This document shows, piece after piece, positions 36,577-45,799 of a DNA stretch of 64,000 bases. Origin of the DNA: Deltaproteobacteria bacterium (GTDB lineage Bacteria; Bdellovibrionota_C; UBA2361; SZUA-149; JAITKM01); the NCBI GenBank assembly GCA_031278395.1, contig JAITKM010000039.1:3372-67371 (forward strand). Reading direction: 5' to 3'. How positions within the stretch are numbered: position 1 is the first letter of the stretch; every line of letters starts with the position of its first letter. Made by a program: the position numbers and the translations under genes. Under the pieces are notes generated by a model. It did no database searches. It saw nothing but the letters and a program-made list of their open reading frames with translations, and was not told the DNA's origin.

Positions 36577-36924
36577 ATGTCAGACAAATCTCACAACCTA
36601 AGAGACGCTTTAGAGTTAGTCAGGATGTTGGAGCAATTATTTGCAGTTCTTTCTCAATCCAACGAGCCGGTACCTTGGAGAGGAATTGAGATTACGCTTA
36701 GGCAAATTGGTATGAGCATAATTAACGGTAGCGAATATGGACAACCAGCTCATAACAGAAGTAATTCATCGTCTTCCAAAAAAAACTATGAGGCACCAGT
36801 TAATCAGCAAAATTTAACAATCGAAGAGGAAACAAGTAAGTTTCAAAATCGCGCTACGATTTTAGACCGCGTCCATCCTTCTCCTGTTAGTGGTTACAAA
36901 AGTAAAAACTTCTCGTCAGAATAA
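36577..36924 (+). CDS. Hypothetical protein (115 aa)
   Basis: Strong RBS AAAGGAG; helical N-terminus and S/N-rich disordered C-terminus; no motif recognised. Confidence 0.6.
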   Translation: MSDKSHNLRDALELVRMLEQLFAVLSQSNEPVPWRGIEITLRQIGMSIINGSEYGQPAHNRSNSSSSKKNYEAPVNQQNLTIEEETSKFQNRATILDRVHPSPVSGYKSKNFSSE

Positions 36925-36949
36925 TATAGTTTAACTATTTAGCAAGAAA

Positions 36950-37014
36950 GGCTGACAAAATTCGCGCAATGTTTTGTTACAACACGAAATTAATCGCGAC
37001 GATTTTTGTCCACC
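36950..37014. repeat. REP-like palindromic intergenic element, copy A (GGCTGACAAAATTCGCG ... CGACGATTTTTGTCCACC)
   Basis: Imperfect inverted termini of ~17 nt; related copies at 60986-61054, 63458-63525 and 51153-51215. Confidence 0.65.
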
Positions 37015-37178
37015 CTCAGAGGATTTTAACCTAATACGGTCGTTACAGGCGACCAATTTTCGCTTTAATTTAATGCAGGATTATTATTTTATATAGACAT
37101 AATATAATTTTAGTAAGATATAAGGCAACCTAACACTAGATGGGAGTTTAGTTACTTTTTTATTTACTATAAAAATCT

Positions 37179-38462
37179 ATGCAAAAAAAATCTAAATTCA
37201 GAGCGTTTGTTACTTTTATAGGTCTTAATTTTATCTTCTTTGCTTGTTTTCTGGTTGGTATGAGTTTGGTTTTTGGGACCTTTAATAGTTTTTTTAAAAA
37301 ACCTTTGGTTTCTGGTTCTGCGCCAGAAGAGAACTTTTTAGTTATGCCAGGCGATAATTTACAAAAGATAGCCTATAACATGTATAATGAGGGCTTGATT
37401 AAATCGCCTCGTTCTTTACTTTGGTTAGCTATCTTAAAAGGCGACAAAGTTAAAAAGCAATTAGAACGCTTACAACCTGGCGAATATAAAGTCTCCGCTA
37501 ATATGTCAGCGGTTAAAATTTTAAAAATCTTACTCGACCCAAATAATGTTGTTAAATACTCAATTACAATTATTCCAGGTGAGACAGTCTCGGATCTAAT
37601 TAAAAAAATAGGTGATTCTAGACTAATTAGTCGAGATGAATTTGCTATCGGAACTAATGATCTCGTGTTTTTACAAACACTTGGTATTTTTACCAAATCT
37701 CTTGAAGGTTATTTGCTGCCAGATACTTATATTTTTACTAAACCTACTTCCGCTAAAGAAATCATTGCGCGCATAGTTAAGGAAGGGAAAGCTAAGTTTG
37801 GCACAGATGAATTTAATCAGCGCCTGATTAAATTAAACATGAGCTTCGACCAAGTTTTAACTATGGCCTCAATTATTGAAAAAGAAACTGGTGTGCCTGA
37901 AGAGCGCCCGCTAGTTTCATCTGTTTTGTATAATCGGTTAAGATTAAAAATGCCTTTGCAGAGCGATCCAACTGTTATTTACGGCGTACCGGACTTTAAA
38001 GGCGTCCTGACGAGGGAAGACTTAAAGCGTCCGACTTCGTATAACACGTATATTAATAAAGGGTTGCCTCCAACACCGATTTGTAATCCGAGCTTAGAGT
38101 CTTTTAAAGCAGCTTTATTTCCAGCTGAGACAAATTATCTGTATTTTGTAGCTAAAGGCGATAACTCCCGTTCGCATGTTTTCTCGACCACATATGCTGA
38201 GCACTTAAAAGCTGTGAAGGAATATAGAAAATCTCAAGCCCTCAATGAAGCTATTGCGGAGATTGAAGCAGAAGAAAAGAAAAAGCAACAAAGACTGGAT
38301 TTGAAAAGTTATACAGCGCCACAGAAAAAGGAAACTAAAAAGGCGTCCAGTTCAAGTAGATCAAATCGAAAAGTAATTTCTCATATTGATCCAGATTTAA
38401 AAGATGAAGCCCCTTCATTGAAGGATAAACGTCGGGATACTTTGAGATCAATTTTAGATTAG
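37179..38462 (+). CDS. mltG: Endolytic murein transglycosylase MltG (YceG-like) with a K/E-rich C-terminal extension
   Basis: N-terminal TM; LEGYLLPDTY; ASIIEKETG; YNTYINKGLPPTPICNP. Confidence 0.85.
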   Translation: MQKKSKFRAFVTFIGLNFIFFACFLVGMSLVFGTFNSFFKKPLVSGSAPEENFLVMPGDNLQKIAYNMYNEGLIKSPRSLLWLAILKGDKVKKQLERLQPGEYKVSANMSAVKILKILLDPNNVVKYSITIIPGETVSDLIKKIGDSRLISRDEFAIGTNDLVFLQTLGIFTKSLEGYLLPDTYIFTKPTSAKEIIARIVKEGKAKFGTDEFNQRLIKLNMSFDQVLTMASIIEKETGVPEERPLVSSVLYNRLRLKMPLQSDPTVIYGVPDFKGVLTREDLKRPTSYNTYINKGLPPTPICNPSLESFKAALFPAETNYLYFVAKGDNSRSHVFSTTYAEHLKAVKEYRKSQALNEAIAEIEAEEKKKQQRLDLKSYTAPQKKETKKASSSSRSNRKVISHIDPDLKDEAPSLKDKRRDTLRSILD

Positions 38463-38466
38463 TCGG

Positions 38467-40359
38467 GTGGGGGGATGCATTTTGTGTTACGAGCAACTAC
38501 TACTCAAAGCGTATACTAGAGCGAAATTACAGCGCGGCTTGAAACTGTTAGTATTTATGGGGCTTGTTTCAGGGGTAGTAGTTTTGCCGCTAGTTTTTTG
38601 GAGCGTAGTTAAAACCAAACTCTACCTTAAGATTTTATTTTTACTAATTAATTTAGTTTTAGCCGGTCTCTCAATTGGTAAGGCTAAAGATTTATTAAAA
38701 AAAATTAAAATTGAAGACCTAGCTGAAATTTTAGATAAAAAATTACAAACCAAAGAAAAAATTCTAACTTTAAGCAGTGCAGAAGCAGTAGACGAAATAA
38801 CTTTTGCTAGTCTTGAGTTTATTCAAACTGAGTTAGAAAAACAAGTTGCTGATACTCAAATTGACCTTGAAGATATTTTTCCTTTACGATTTGAAAAGAA
38901 ATCAAAAATATTTTTGAGCTTAGCAATTATTTTTTGGCTGTGTAGTTTTGGGTTGATTTTATCGCAGGATAGATATTTTAAAAAAGTTCCCAATCTTTTG
39001 GCGCAAGAGAAAGTTGAAATTTTAAGAGAGTTAATCAAAAATTCTCCGCTCGTGCCAGAGAACATTCAAAAAAGTATTGAGGAGTTAGCGAAGGTTATCG
39101 AAGATCAAGGCTTAGACTCGGAATTAGTTTTGGATGCGCTAGTTGAACTAGACCAAGAAATTGAAAGTTTTGAAAATTCTGAGCAAAACCAACAGGCAAC
39201 TGGAACAGATAGTCAAACTACAAAGCAAACAGCAGAACAATCAGAACAACAAAAACAACCAGGAGCGCCAGCCGGCGCTGTCGAGCCAAAAAAGACAGAA
39301 GACGCGGCGGAAAAAAGTAGCCAAGGAGATAATCAAGAACCTGCGCCTCAGCCAAGCGATAATCAGCAGCCTGCAGATAATCAGTCTAATCAATCACAAA
39401 CAGAACAACAAAATACTAGCCAAAACAACACTGCTCAAGAGAAAGAACCAAAACAAAAGGAAGAACAACAAAAACAAGAGCAAGGAACTGCTCAAGGAAC
39501 AGAGCAAGAGCAAGAAACAGGCAAGTCGGATAAAACAAAATCAGCCAATAAAGACCAAGCCCAAGAGGGTGGCGAAACTAGAAGCGGCAAGGAGGCGGCT
39601 AGTGGTGCAGAAACAAAAAAAGAAACGACCCCAAAAGATGAAGTTAAAAATGAGCAGGGCGCTAAGTCAGAACAAGAAGATACTCAAGCTACTGATTCAG
39701 CAAAGCAGCAAAATTCTGAAAAGCAAAATAAAAATGATAATAATAGTTCAGCTCAGCAACAGTTAGATAATTTAAAACAAGAATTAAACCAGCTTAAACA
39801 AGATTTAAATCAAAATTTAGAGACGGATTCGCAAGATAATAATCCGGATAATCAAAACAACAAATCGAATAACCAAGATTCGACAGATAAGTCTGAAAAA
39901 CAGCAATCCGCGCAGGAAAATCAGAATCAAGCTCAAGCTAAGGCAGATAGCAAGCAGCAAAATCAAATGCAAGAAGGGAATCAAGATTTAGACAATCAGA
40001 ATGTCGAGCTGCAAAAGTCAGAGATAAGTCAAAATCCAAATCAACAAGATTTTCAGGGAAAACCTCAAAAGCATACTGAAAAATTGCCGCAACCTAGTGC
40101 TGCAGTGCCGAGTTTGGGCGAGGGTGAAGGCGCTGGGGCAAGCTTAGGGCAGGACAAAAATTTAATTAGCATTGGAGTTGACCAAAAGGATCAGAACATT
40201 TTTAACCCATTTGGGCAGGAAGAAAAGGAACGCTATTTGAATAAAAATGCGGCGGTTGCTAGAACCAAACTTCAAGATGGTGAATTTGAAAAACCAAATT
40301 CCACTGTGCTACAAGAAAAACAACCTATCCCTGTGGAGTATCAAGAAATTTTAAAATAA
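38467..40359 (+). CDS. Membrane-anchored low-complexity (Q/N/E/K-rich) protein; start uncertain
   Basis: 3 predicted TM segments in the first ~170 aa, then ~400 aa of Q/N/E/K/S-rich sequence. Confidence 0.55.
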   Translation: MGGCILCYEQLLLKAYTRAKLQRGLKLLVFMGLVSGVVVLPLVFWSVVKTKLYLKILFLLINLVLAGLSIGKAKDLLKKIKIEDLAEILDKKLQTKEKILTLSSAEAVDEITFASLEFIQTELEKQVADTQIDLEDIFPLRFEKKSKIFLSLAIIFWLCSFGLILSQDRYFKKVPNLLAQEKVEILRELIKNSPLVPENIQKSIEELAKVIEDQGLDSELVLDALVELDQEIESFENSEQNQQATGTDSQTTKQTAEQSEQQKQPGAPAGAVEPKKTEDAAEKSSQGDNQEPAPQPSDNQQPADNQSNQSQTEQQNTSQNNTAQEKEPKQKEEQQKQEQGTAQGTEQEQETGKSDKTKSANKDQAQEGGETRSGKEAASGAETKKETTPKDEVKNEQGAKSEQEDTQATDSAKQQNSEKQNKNDNNSSAQQQLDNLKQELNQLKQDLNQNLETDSQDNNPDNQNNKSNNQDSTDKSEKQQSAQENQNQAQAKADSKQQNQMQEGNQDLDNQNVELQKSEISQNPNQQDFQGKPQKHTEKLPQPSAAVPSLGEGEGAGASLGQDKNLISIGVDQKDQNIFNPFGQEEKERYLNKNAAVARTKLQDGEFEKPNSTVLQEKQPIPVEYQEILK

Positions 40360-40395
40360 GCGCTTAGTAGTCTATAACATCTAAAACTTTTTACT

Positions 40396-40405
40396 CCCCC
40401 CCCCC
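40396..40405. repeat. Poly-C tract (C10) in a convergent intergenic region
   Basis: Counted directly. Confidence 0.9.
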
Positions 40406-40495
40406 TCAAGCGTCAGGGGTATTAAATTCTAAGCCAATAATTATAATGAATGGTATAGGTATGCTAATAATTTGCGAATAATGGTAAGGGAACTA

Positions 40496-42184
40496 TTAGT
40501 CCTCCCCTGCCATTAACTCCTTAAATTTTGCTAAGCGTCGTTTAAAAGTCGCATGATTTTTTCTAGTCTCTCGGAGAATCTCTTTGATGTCATTGGTAGT
40601 GATACTGGTTTTTTCGTAATTATACATATTGGTCATGATTTTTAAGTTAGGATTAGTTTTACCTAAATTAATTAATTGCGCATCGAACGCGTCTATTTCT
40701 TGAACCATTTTTTTTGCTTGCGAAAAATCATTACGTTGTAACAGCTTAGTTAATTGAGCAACTTTTTGCTCGCAACTCTCAAGCAGCTTATAGGCTGTGT
40801 CTAAATTCTCCAGCATCGGATTTAGAGATTTTTGCTTTTTAAAATTGATCTTTGTCTTAGTTTGAATAAACTCTTCTTTCCAAATTTGTTTGTAGACGGC
40901 TTTGATTTTTTCAATCAGAATTTCGTCTGAACTATAAATTTCACTAATGGTTTTAAATTCTAAAAATCCATCTTTATCAAAATAAGAAACTTTAACAGCC
41001 ATCTCCCGCGGATTAACCTCTTCTGCAGAAAGTTTTAAATTTAATAAATCCTCCAAATTCTTAGTTTGCAAGCGGAGTTTACAGAGTCGGGCTACTGTCT
41101 GTGGATCAATCTTGTCATAACACACTGGATTAGAACAAGTTGCGTTTTCATGACTACAAGCGTAACAACTAATTTTTGGCTCCACGATAATGTTACCTGC
41201 ACTGTAAGGTCCAGTTTCCGAGCAGTAAGACGGACCAACAAACATACTGACGCTTGGTGTTCCCATAGCGGCAGCTAGGTGCATCGGACCAGTATCGCCA
41301 GTAATTAATAAATCCGCACGCTCTAGTAAGGCAGCTAATTGCGAAATATTATGCACTCCTGCAGCATTAATAATATTTGGATGCGCATAACAAGCTACCG
41401 CTTCTGAAATTAACTCTTGTTCACCAGGCGCGCCAGGATAAATTATCCAGGCATTTAAAGACTCTACTAATTCTTTAGCCACAGCAGCAAAACGTTCTGC
41501 CCCCCACTGCCGTTTTTTTTGACTAGTTCCACACTGGATACAAATTAGCGGATATGGAGTTTGACTAATACCTTGCTCGTCTAAATATCGCTGCACATCA
41601 ACATAATCTTGAGGCTTTGGCGTAAAAAATAATTTTTGATATTTAGGTTTTAAACCAGCGGTTAGAATATTAATGTCTACCAAATTAATTGGCTGATATT
41701 TTCTAAGACAATTATCGCCTGCCATGGTAACAAAAAGCCTGCGCCAATGATTTTTAATAACTTTTTGCTCAAATTCGTCAAAGGTTGGCACTTGAACGTT
41801 TTTAATGTTTAACAAAGGGACAAGCTTGGCAGTATAAATCGTGTAAGAAATATCAAGACATAAATCAAAATTTCTGGCTCTTAAATCATTAATTACCTCG
41901 CTCAACTGATTATAAGCTTTTAGCACGCATACTCCATGCTGTTTTAAATTAAGAAAATAATCATTGATGTCGAAGGTTATAATTTCGTTTATTTCTGGAA
42001 GCCCCTTACAAATAACATTAATTTCTTTACTAGCGAGTATTGTAATGTGAGCCTGTGGGTAAGTATCTTTTAAGACTCTAATCATATGCGAAGCTTGAAG
42101 CATATCGCCCAGCCTAGTAAAGGCAATGATTAAGATGTTGCGATAATTGTATTCAGCTGTTGTTTTTGAATTTTTACTAGACAT
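40496..42184 (-). CDS. GT9 (heptosyltransferase-family) glycosyltransferase with a ~190-aa helical C-terminal extension
   Basis: ILIIAFTRLGDMLQASHMIRVLKDTYPQAHITILA; LITGDTGPMHLAAAMGTP; Cys cluster CYACSHENATCSNPVC; 562 aa against ~350 aa for typical GT9 enzymes. Confidence 0.75.
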   Translation of the reverse strand: MSSKNSKTTAEYNYRNILIIAFTRLGDMLQASHMIRVLKDTYPQAHITILASKEINVICKGLPEINEIITFDINDYFLNLKQHGVCVLKAYNQLSEVINDLRARNFDLCLDISYTIYTAKLVPLLNIKNVQVPTFDEFEQKVIKNHWRRLFVTMAGDNCLRKYQPINLVDINILTAGLKPKYQKLFFTPKPQDYVDVQRYLDEQGISQTPYPLICIQCGTSQKKRQWGAERFAAVAKELVESLNAWIIYPGAPGEQELISEAVACYAHPNIINAAGVHNISQLAALLERADLLITGDTGPMHLAAAMGTPSVSMFVGPSYCSETGPYSAGNIIVEPKISCYACSHENATCSNPVCYDKIDPQTVARLCKLRLQTKNLEDLLNLKLSAEEVNPREMAVKVSYFDKDGFLEFKTISEIYSSDEILIEKIKAVYKQIWKEEFIQTKTKINFKKQKSLNPMLENLDTAYKLLESCEQKVAQLTKLLQRNDFSQAKKMVQEIDAFDAQLINLGKTNPNLKIMTNMYNYEKTSITTNDIKEILRETRKNHATFKRRLAKFKELMAGED

Positions 42185-43502
42185 TTTTGTTTCCTGTTTC
42201 CATTAAATAATATAAAAACATAAATTTTGACACGGTATCTGGACTTGAAACCAGATTTGGATTTTGGAAAGCCAGGGAAGTTAAATTTTCTAAATTTGGA
42301 CTAAGCGCTTTTTGCTTAAGCTGCTGATAAAGAGTTTGTAACTCGTGATTAGGAGTTAACTCTTGATGAATAGCTTTCCAAGCCTGGTGATCTAAAAGTT
42401 GTAGTAATACGCTAAAATGATCGCTGTAAATATAGCCTAAAACTTCTCTAAAATTTGAGCTATTATCCGTGTTGGAAAATAAGGGTAAATGAATTGCATG
42501 ATAAATTCCCTGATTTTCTAATTGCTCCAGTAACTCTGGGCAACAAACAAAGATATAATCATAAAATTCAAGTGTTTTCAGTTGGAGCTCAGAATAATTC
42601 TCTTGAGTAAGCCAAGTTACTGAGATGCTTTTGGCGCTACGTAGGGCTTTTAAGGCCGCGGAACTAAATAGCGGCTCAAACATTGAAAGAATTATCTGAG
42701 CTTTTCCTTCTTGAGCTAAATTTAACGTATAGGCTGCAATGCAAGTTGCAAAAATTTCTGTTTCTGTAGGAGTTGGGGAATTTTCGGTTAGTTTTTCTAA
42801 ATGCGAAGAGGGTAGCTTTGAAATAAAATCGGAATTAACAACCTGCATACTCACTAGGCTTTTAATTGGTTTGTTTAATTCAACGATTGTATTTATATCC
42901 GCGGGGTTAGTTTTAGGTGATGTAAACACTAAAATGTTCGGCCTAATATATTTTGAACCTTTAATTAAGGCAAAACTTCGTTGATAAGCCAGTAAACTGG
43001 CGCGCGATAGATTATTGAGAGCTTGAGGAAAAATAAAAAACTCCGTCTGTCTGGTGCTATTAAAATTTTTAGTTAGCCAAAGCTTAAAATCTTTTTGGTT
43101 AGTCAAGATAGTAATTTGAGTTAAAATCTTAGAAAAATCTTGTAAAGACAGCGCAGCTTTTAAAAGTTCAAGATTGGGTTCAATAATGGCAGTGATTTGA
43201 GCGCCCAAGTCATGCAAAGCTAAGATATGATAGCCCGTGCAAAAACCTGCAATTATATAATTGCAGTTTGGGAGATTAGAATGAAATATTCTCTTAGCCC
43301 AAGTTGTAGCTGCCGTTAGGGGGTGCTCAAGCTGATCGTATAATATCCCCTGATATTTAATAACCGGCAAGTTGCTTGAACCAGTGAGAATTTCAAGACA
43401 GCTGGAAAGAGGGGTATTTTCCAACTGTTCGCTAAGCGTTGGATTTTGGATTTTAAGAATAGACAAGTTTTTAGTATATATTTCCAGATTAAAGTTTTTC
43501 AT
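42177..43502 (-). CDS. Protein with a Maf/DUF115-family N-terminal-like region; remainder unassigned
   Basis: IYTKNLSILKIQNPTLSEQL ... LYDQLEHPLTAATTWAK ... YIIAGFCTGYHILAL follows the pattern I associate with motility-accessory-factor N-termini. Overlaps the GT9 gene start by 8 nt. Confidence 0.5.
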   Translation of the reverse strand: MKNFNLEIYTKNLSILKIQNPTLSEQLENTPLSSCLEILTGSSNLPVIKYQGILYDQLEHPLTAATTWAKRIFHSNLPNCNYIIAGFCTGYHILALHDLGAQITAIIEPNLELLKAALSLQDFSKILTQITILTNQKDFKLWLTKNFNSTRQTEFFIFPQALNNLSRASLLAYQRSFALIKGSKYIRPNILVFTSPKTNPADINTIVELNKPIKSLVSMQVVNSDFISKLPSSHLEKLTENSPTPTETEIFATCIAAYTLNLAQEGKAQIILSMFEPLFSSAALKALRSAKSISVTWLTQENYSELQLKTLEFYDYIFVCCPELLEQLENQGIYHAIHLPLFSNTDNSSNFREVLGYIYSDHFSVLLQLLDHQAWKAIHQELTPNHELQTLYQQLKQKALSPNLENLTSLAFQNPNLVSSPDTVSKFMFLYYLMETGNKNV

Positions 43503-43779
43503 GCTTATATTAGATGTAAAACCTGTCTTTATTTATGCAATTTTTTAAAATAAGAAAATTTGGAATATTCATAGTAGGTTCGACGCTAGAGTAAGTAAAT
43601 TAGCTTAGTTATGGGGGGACTGTCGCAATTTTTTTTATTTTGCCTAAATAAAGGTAGATATGTATAAGAGACAGCTTAATTTTAATAAGAATTAAATGTT
43701 TAGCTCTGAATAAACTACAGCAGCTAAACGTTGAGCTCAAAGTATAAATTACACATAATATATTAGGAGGCAAAATAAG

Positions 43780-44754
43780 ATGGCTGTTAGTTATAAAGAT
43801 TTAGGGCTAGTTAATTCAGAGGAAATGTTTTCAAAAGCTGTTGACGGCGGATATGCTATCCCCGGCTTTAATTTTAATAATATGGAACAACTGCAAGCTA
43901 TTATTCAAGCCTGCACTGAATCCAGAAGTCCGGTAATTTTACAAGTTTCAAAAGGAGCTAGAGAATATGCCAACCAAACTTTGCTACGTTATTTAGCTCA
44001 AGGCGCAGTTGAATATTCAAAGGAAATCGGCGGTGGAAAAAATGTGCCAATTGTTTTGCATCTTGATCACGGCGATTCTTTTGAAACTTGTGTCAGTTGT
44101 ATTGAATATGGATTTTCATCAGTCATGATTGATGGTTCGCATTTTTCATATGAAGAAAATATCGCTTTAACCAAAAAGGTCGTAGATTATGCCCACAAAT
44201 ATGAGGTTACAGTTGAAGGTGAACTTGGAGTATTAGCCGGAGTTGAAGACGAAGTCAGCGCAGAACATCACACTTATACGCGCCCCGAAGAAGTAGAGGA
44301 TTTTGTTAAACGCACAGGAGTGGATAGTCTTGCAATTTCAATCGGCACCAGCCACGGAGCTTATAAGTTTAAACCAGGGCAAAAGGCAGAAATTCGGCTT
44401 GATATTTTACGTGAAATAGAAAAACGTATTCCACGTTTTCCAATTGTGATGCACGGCTCTTCATCTGTGCCACAAGATTTAATCGCTAAAATTAATCGGT
44501 TTGGCGGAAAGATGGAGGAAGCTATTGGGATTAGTGAAGCACAAATCCGTGAAGCCAGCAAAAGCGCAGTTTGCAAAGTTAATATTGACTCCGACGGGCG
44601 CCTAGCTATGACCGCGGCAATTCGTGAAGTATTTGCGACCAAACCAAGTGAGTTTGATCCACGCAAATATCTTGGACCAGCTAGAAATGCGCTTAAGGAA
44701 TTATATAAACATAAAGTTAGCGACGAAGTCTTAGGGTCAGCAGGTAAAGCTTAA
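43780..44754 (+). CDS. fba: Class II fructose-1,6-bisphosphate aldolase
   Basis: LHLDHGDS, SVMIDGS, EGELG, GTSHGAYKF, MHGSSSVP; AGGAGG RBS. Confidence 0.92.
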   Translation: MAVSYKDLGLVNSEEMFSKAVDGGYAIPGFNFNNMEQLQAIIQACTESRSPVILQVSKGAREYANQTLLRYLAQGAVEYSKEIGGGKNVPIVLHLDHGDSFETCVSCIEYGFSSVMIDGSHFSYEENIALTKKVVDYAHKYEVTVEGELGVLAGVEDEVSAEHHTYTRPEEVEDFVKRTGVDSLAISIGTSHGAYKFKPGQKAEIRLDILREIEKRIPRFPIVMHGSSSVPQDLIAKINRFGGKMEEAIGISEAQIREASKSAVCKVNIDSDGRLAMTAAIREVFATKPSEFDPRKYLGPARNALKELYKHKVSDEVLGSAGKA

Positions 44755-44766
44755 TTTTAGTCCGAT

Positions 44767-45792
44767 ATGTTAACAGAAAGTATTATTGAACATCTTAAAC
44801 AAGAAGCTGAGCAAGAAATTAAAAATGCTACAAGTCTTTCAGAAATTGAAAGACTACGCGTGGCTTATAATGGTAAAAAAGGAAAATTAACTGCCTGGCT
44901 TAAAGAATTAGGCGGGCTAGATGTCGAGGCGCGGAAAGTGCTGGGTGCAAAGTTAAATCTTGTTAAAGAAGAAATAACCTCTAACCTAGAAAATAAAACT
45001 CTTAATATTCAAAAAGCAGAAAGTTCAGCCCGCTATCAATTAGAAAAAATCGATGTTACTTTGCCGGTCAAAGCCCCTGTTTGCGGGTTAGAACCAGCAG
45101 GCTTACATCCTGTAACAGTTTTACAAAAAGAGTTAGAAAACATCTTTGCTAATTTGGGGTTTACTATTGCGGATGGTCCAGAAGTTGAAAGCGATTATTA
45201 TTGTTTTCAAGCTTTAAATATTCCTAGCACTCATCCTGCTCGTGATATGCAGGATACATTTTTTACAACTAGCGAACATGTAATGCGCACGCAAACTTCT
45301 GCAGTGCAGGCGCGTTCTTTGGAAAAAATGTCGCCGCCATTTAGAATTGTAGCTGCGGGGCGCTGTTTTAGATGTGAACGAGTTGACGCTTTTCACAGCC
45401 ACACCTTCTATCAGATGGAAGGCATGATGGTTGATAAAAATATCACAGTCGGACATCTGTTGTATTTTATGAAAACTCTATTACGGGAAATTTTTGGTGT
45501 TGAACAAAAGGTGCGTTTGCGTCCAGGATATTTTCCTTTTGTTGAACCAGGTTTTGAACTCGATATTTGGTATGCTAATCGCTGGGTTGAACTCTTGCCT
45601 TGCGGTTTAGTGCATCCTCAAGTTTTACGCTATGGCGGGCTTGACCCTCAAGAATGGCAAGGCTTTGCCTTTGGTTTAGGCTTAAGTAGGTTGGCAATGA
45701 GTAGGTATAAAATTCCAGCGCTCCGCTTTTTAGATGATGGTGACGTGAGGTTTATTAAACAGTTTCCACGTATTTTACCAAAAGGAAACTAA
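44767..45792 (+). CDS. pheS: Phenylalanine--tRNA ligase alpha subunit
   Basis: HPARDMQDTFF, RTQTSAVQ, FRCERVDAFHSHTFYQMEG, GFAFGLGLSRLAM. Confidence 0.96.
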   Translation: MLTESIIEHLKQEAEQEIKNATSLSEIERLRVAYNGKKGKLTAWLKELGGLDVEARKVLGAKLNLVKEEITSNLENKTLNIQKAESSARYQLEKIDVTLPVKAPVCGLEPAGLHPVTVLQKELENIFANLGFTIADGPEVESDYYCFQALNIPSTHPARDMQDTFFTTSEHVMRTQTSAVQARSLEKMSPPFRIVAAGRCFRCERVDAFHSHTFYQMEGMMVDKNITVGHLLYFMKTLLREIFGVEQKVRLRPGYFPFVEPGFELDIWYANRWVELLPCGLVHPQVLRYGGLDPQEWQGFAFGLGLSRLAMSRYKIPALRFLDDGDVRFIKQFPRILPKGN

Positions 45793-45799
45793 TTTCCTA

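Noticed and set aside
39161-39766. 201-aa K/Q-rich ORF in an alternative frame of the low-complexity gene
   Set aside because: It is an artefact of A-rich repetitive codons. The frame with the N-terminal TM segments that is continuous over 630 codons is preferred.
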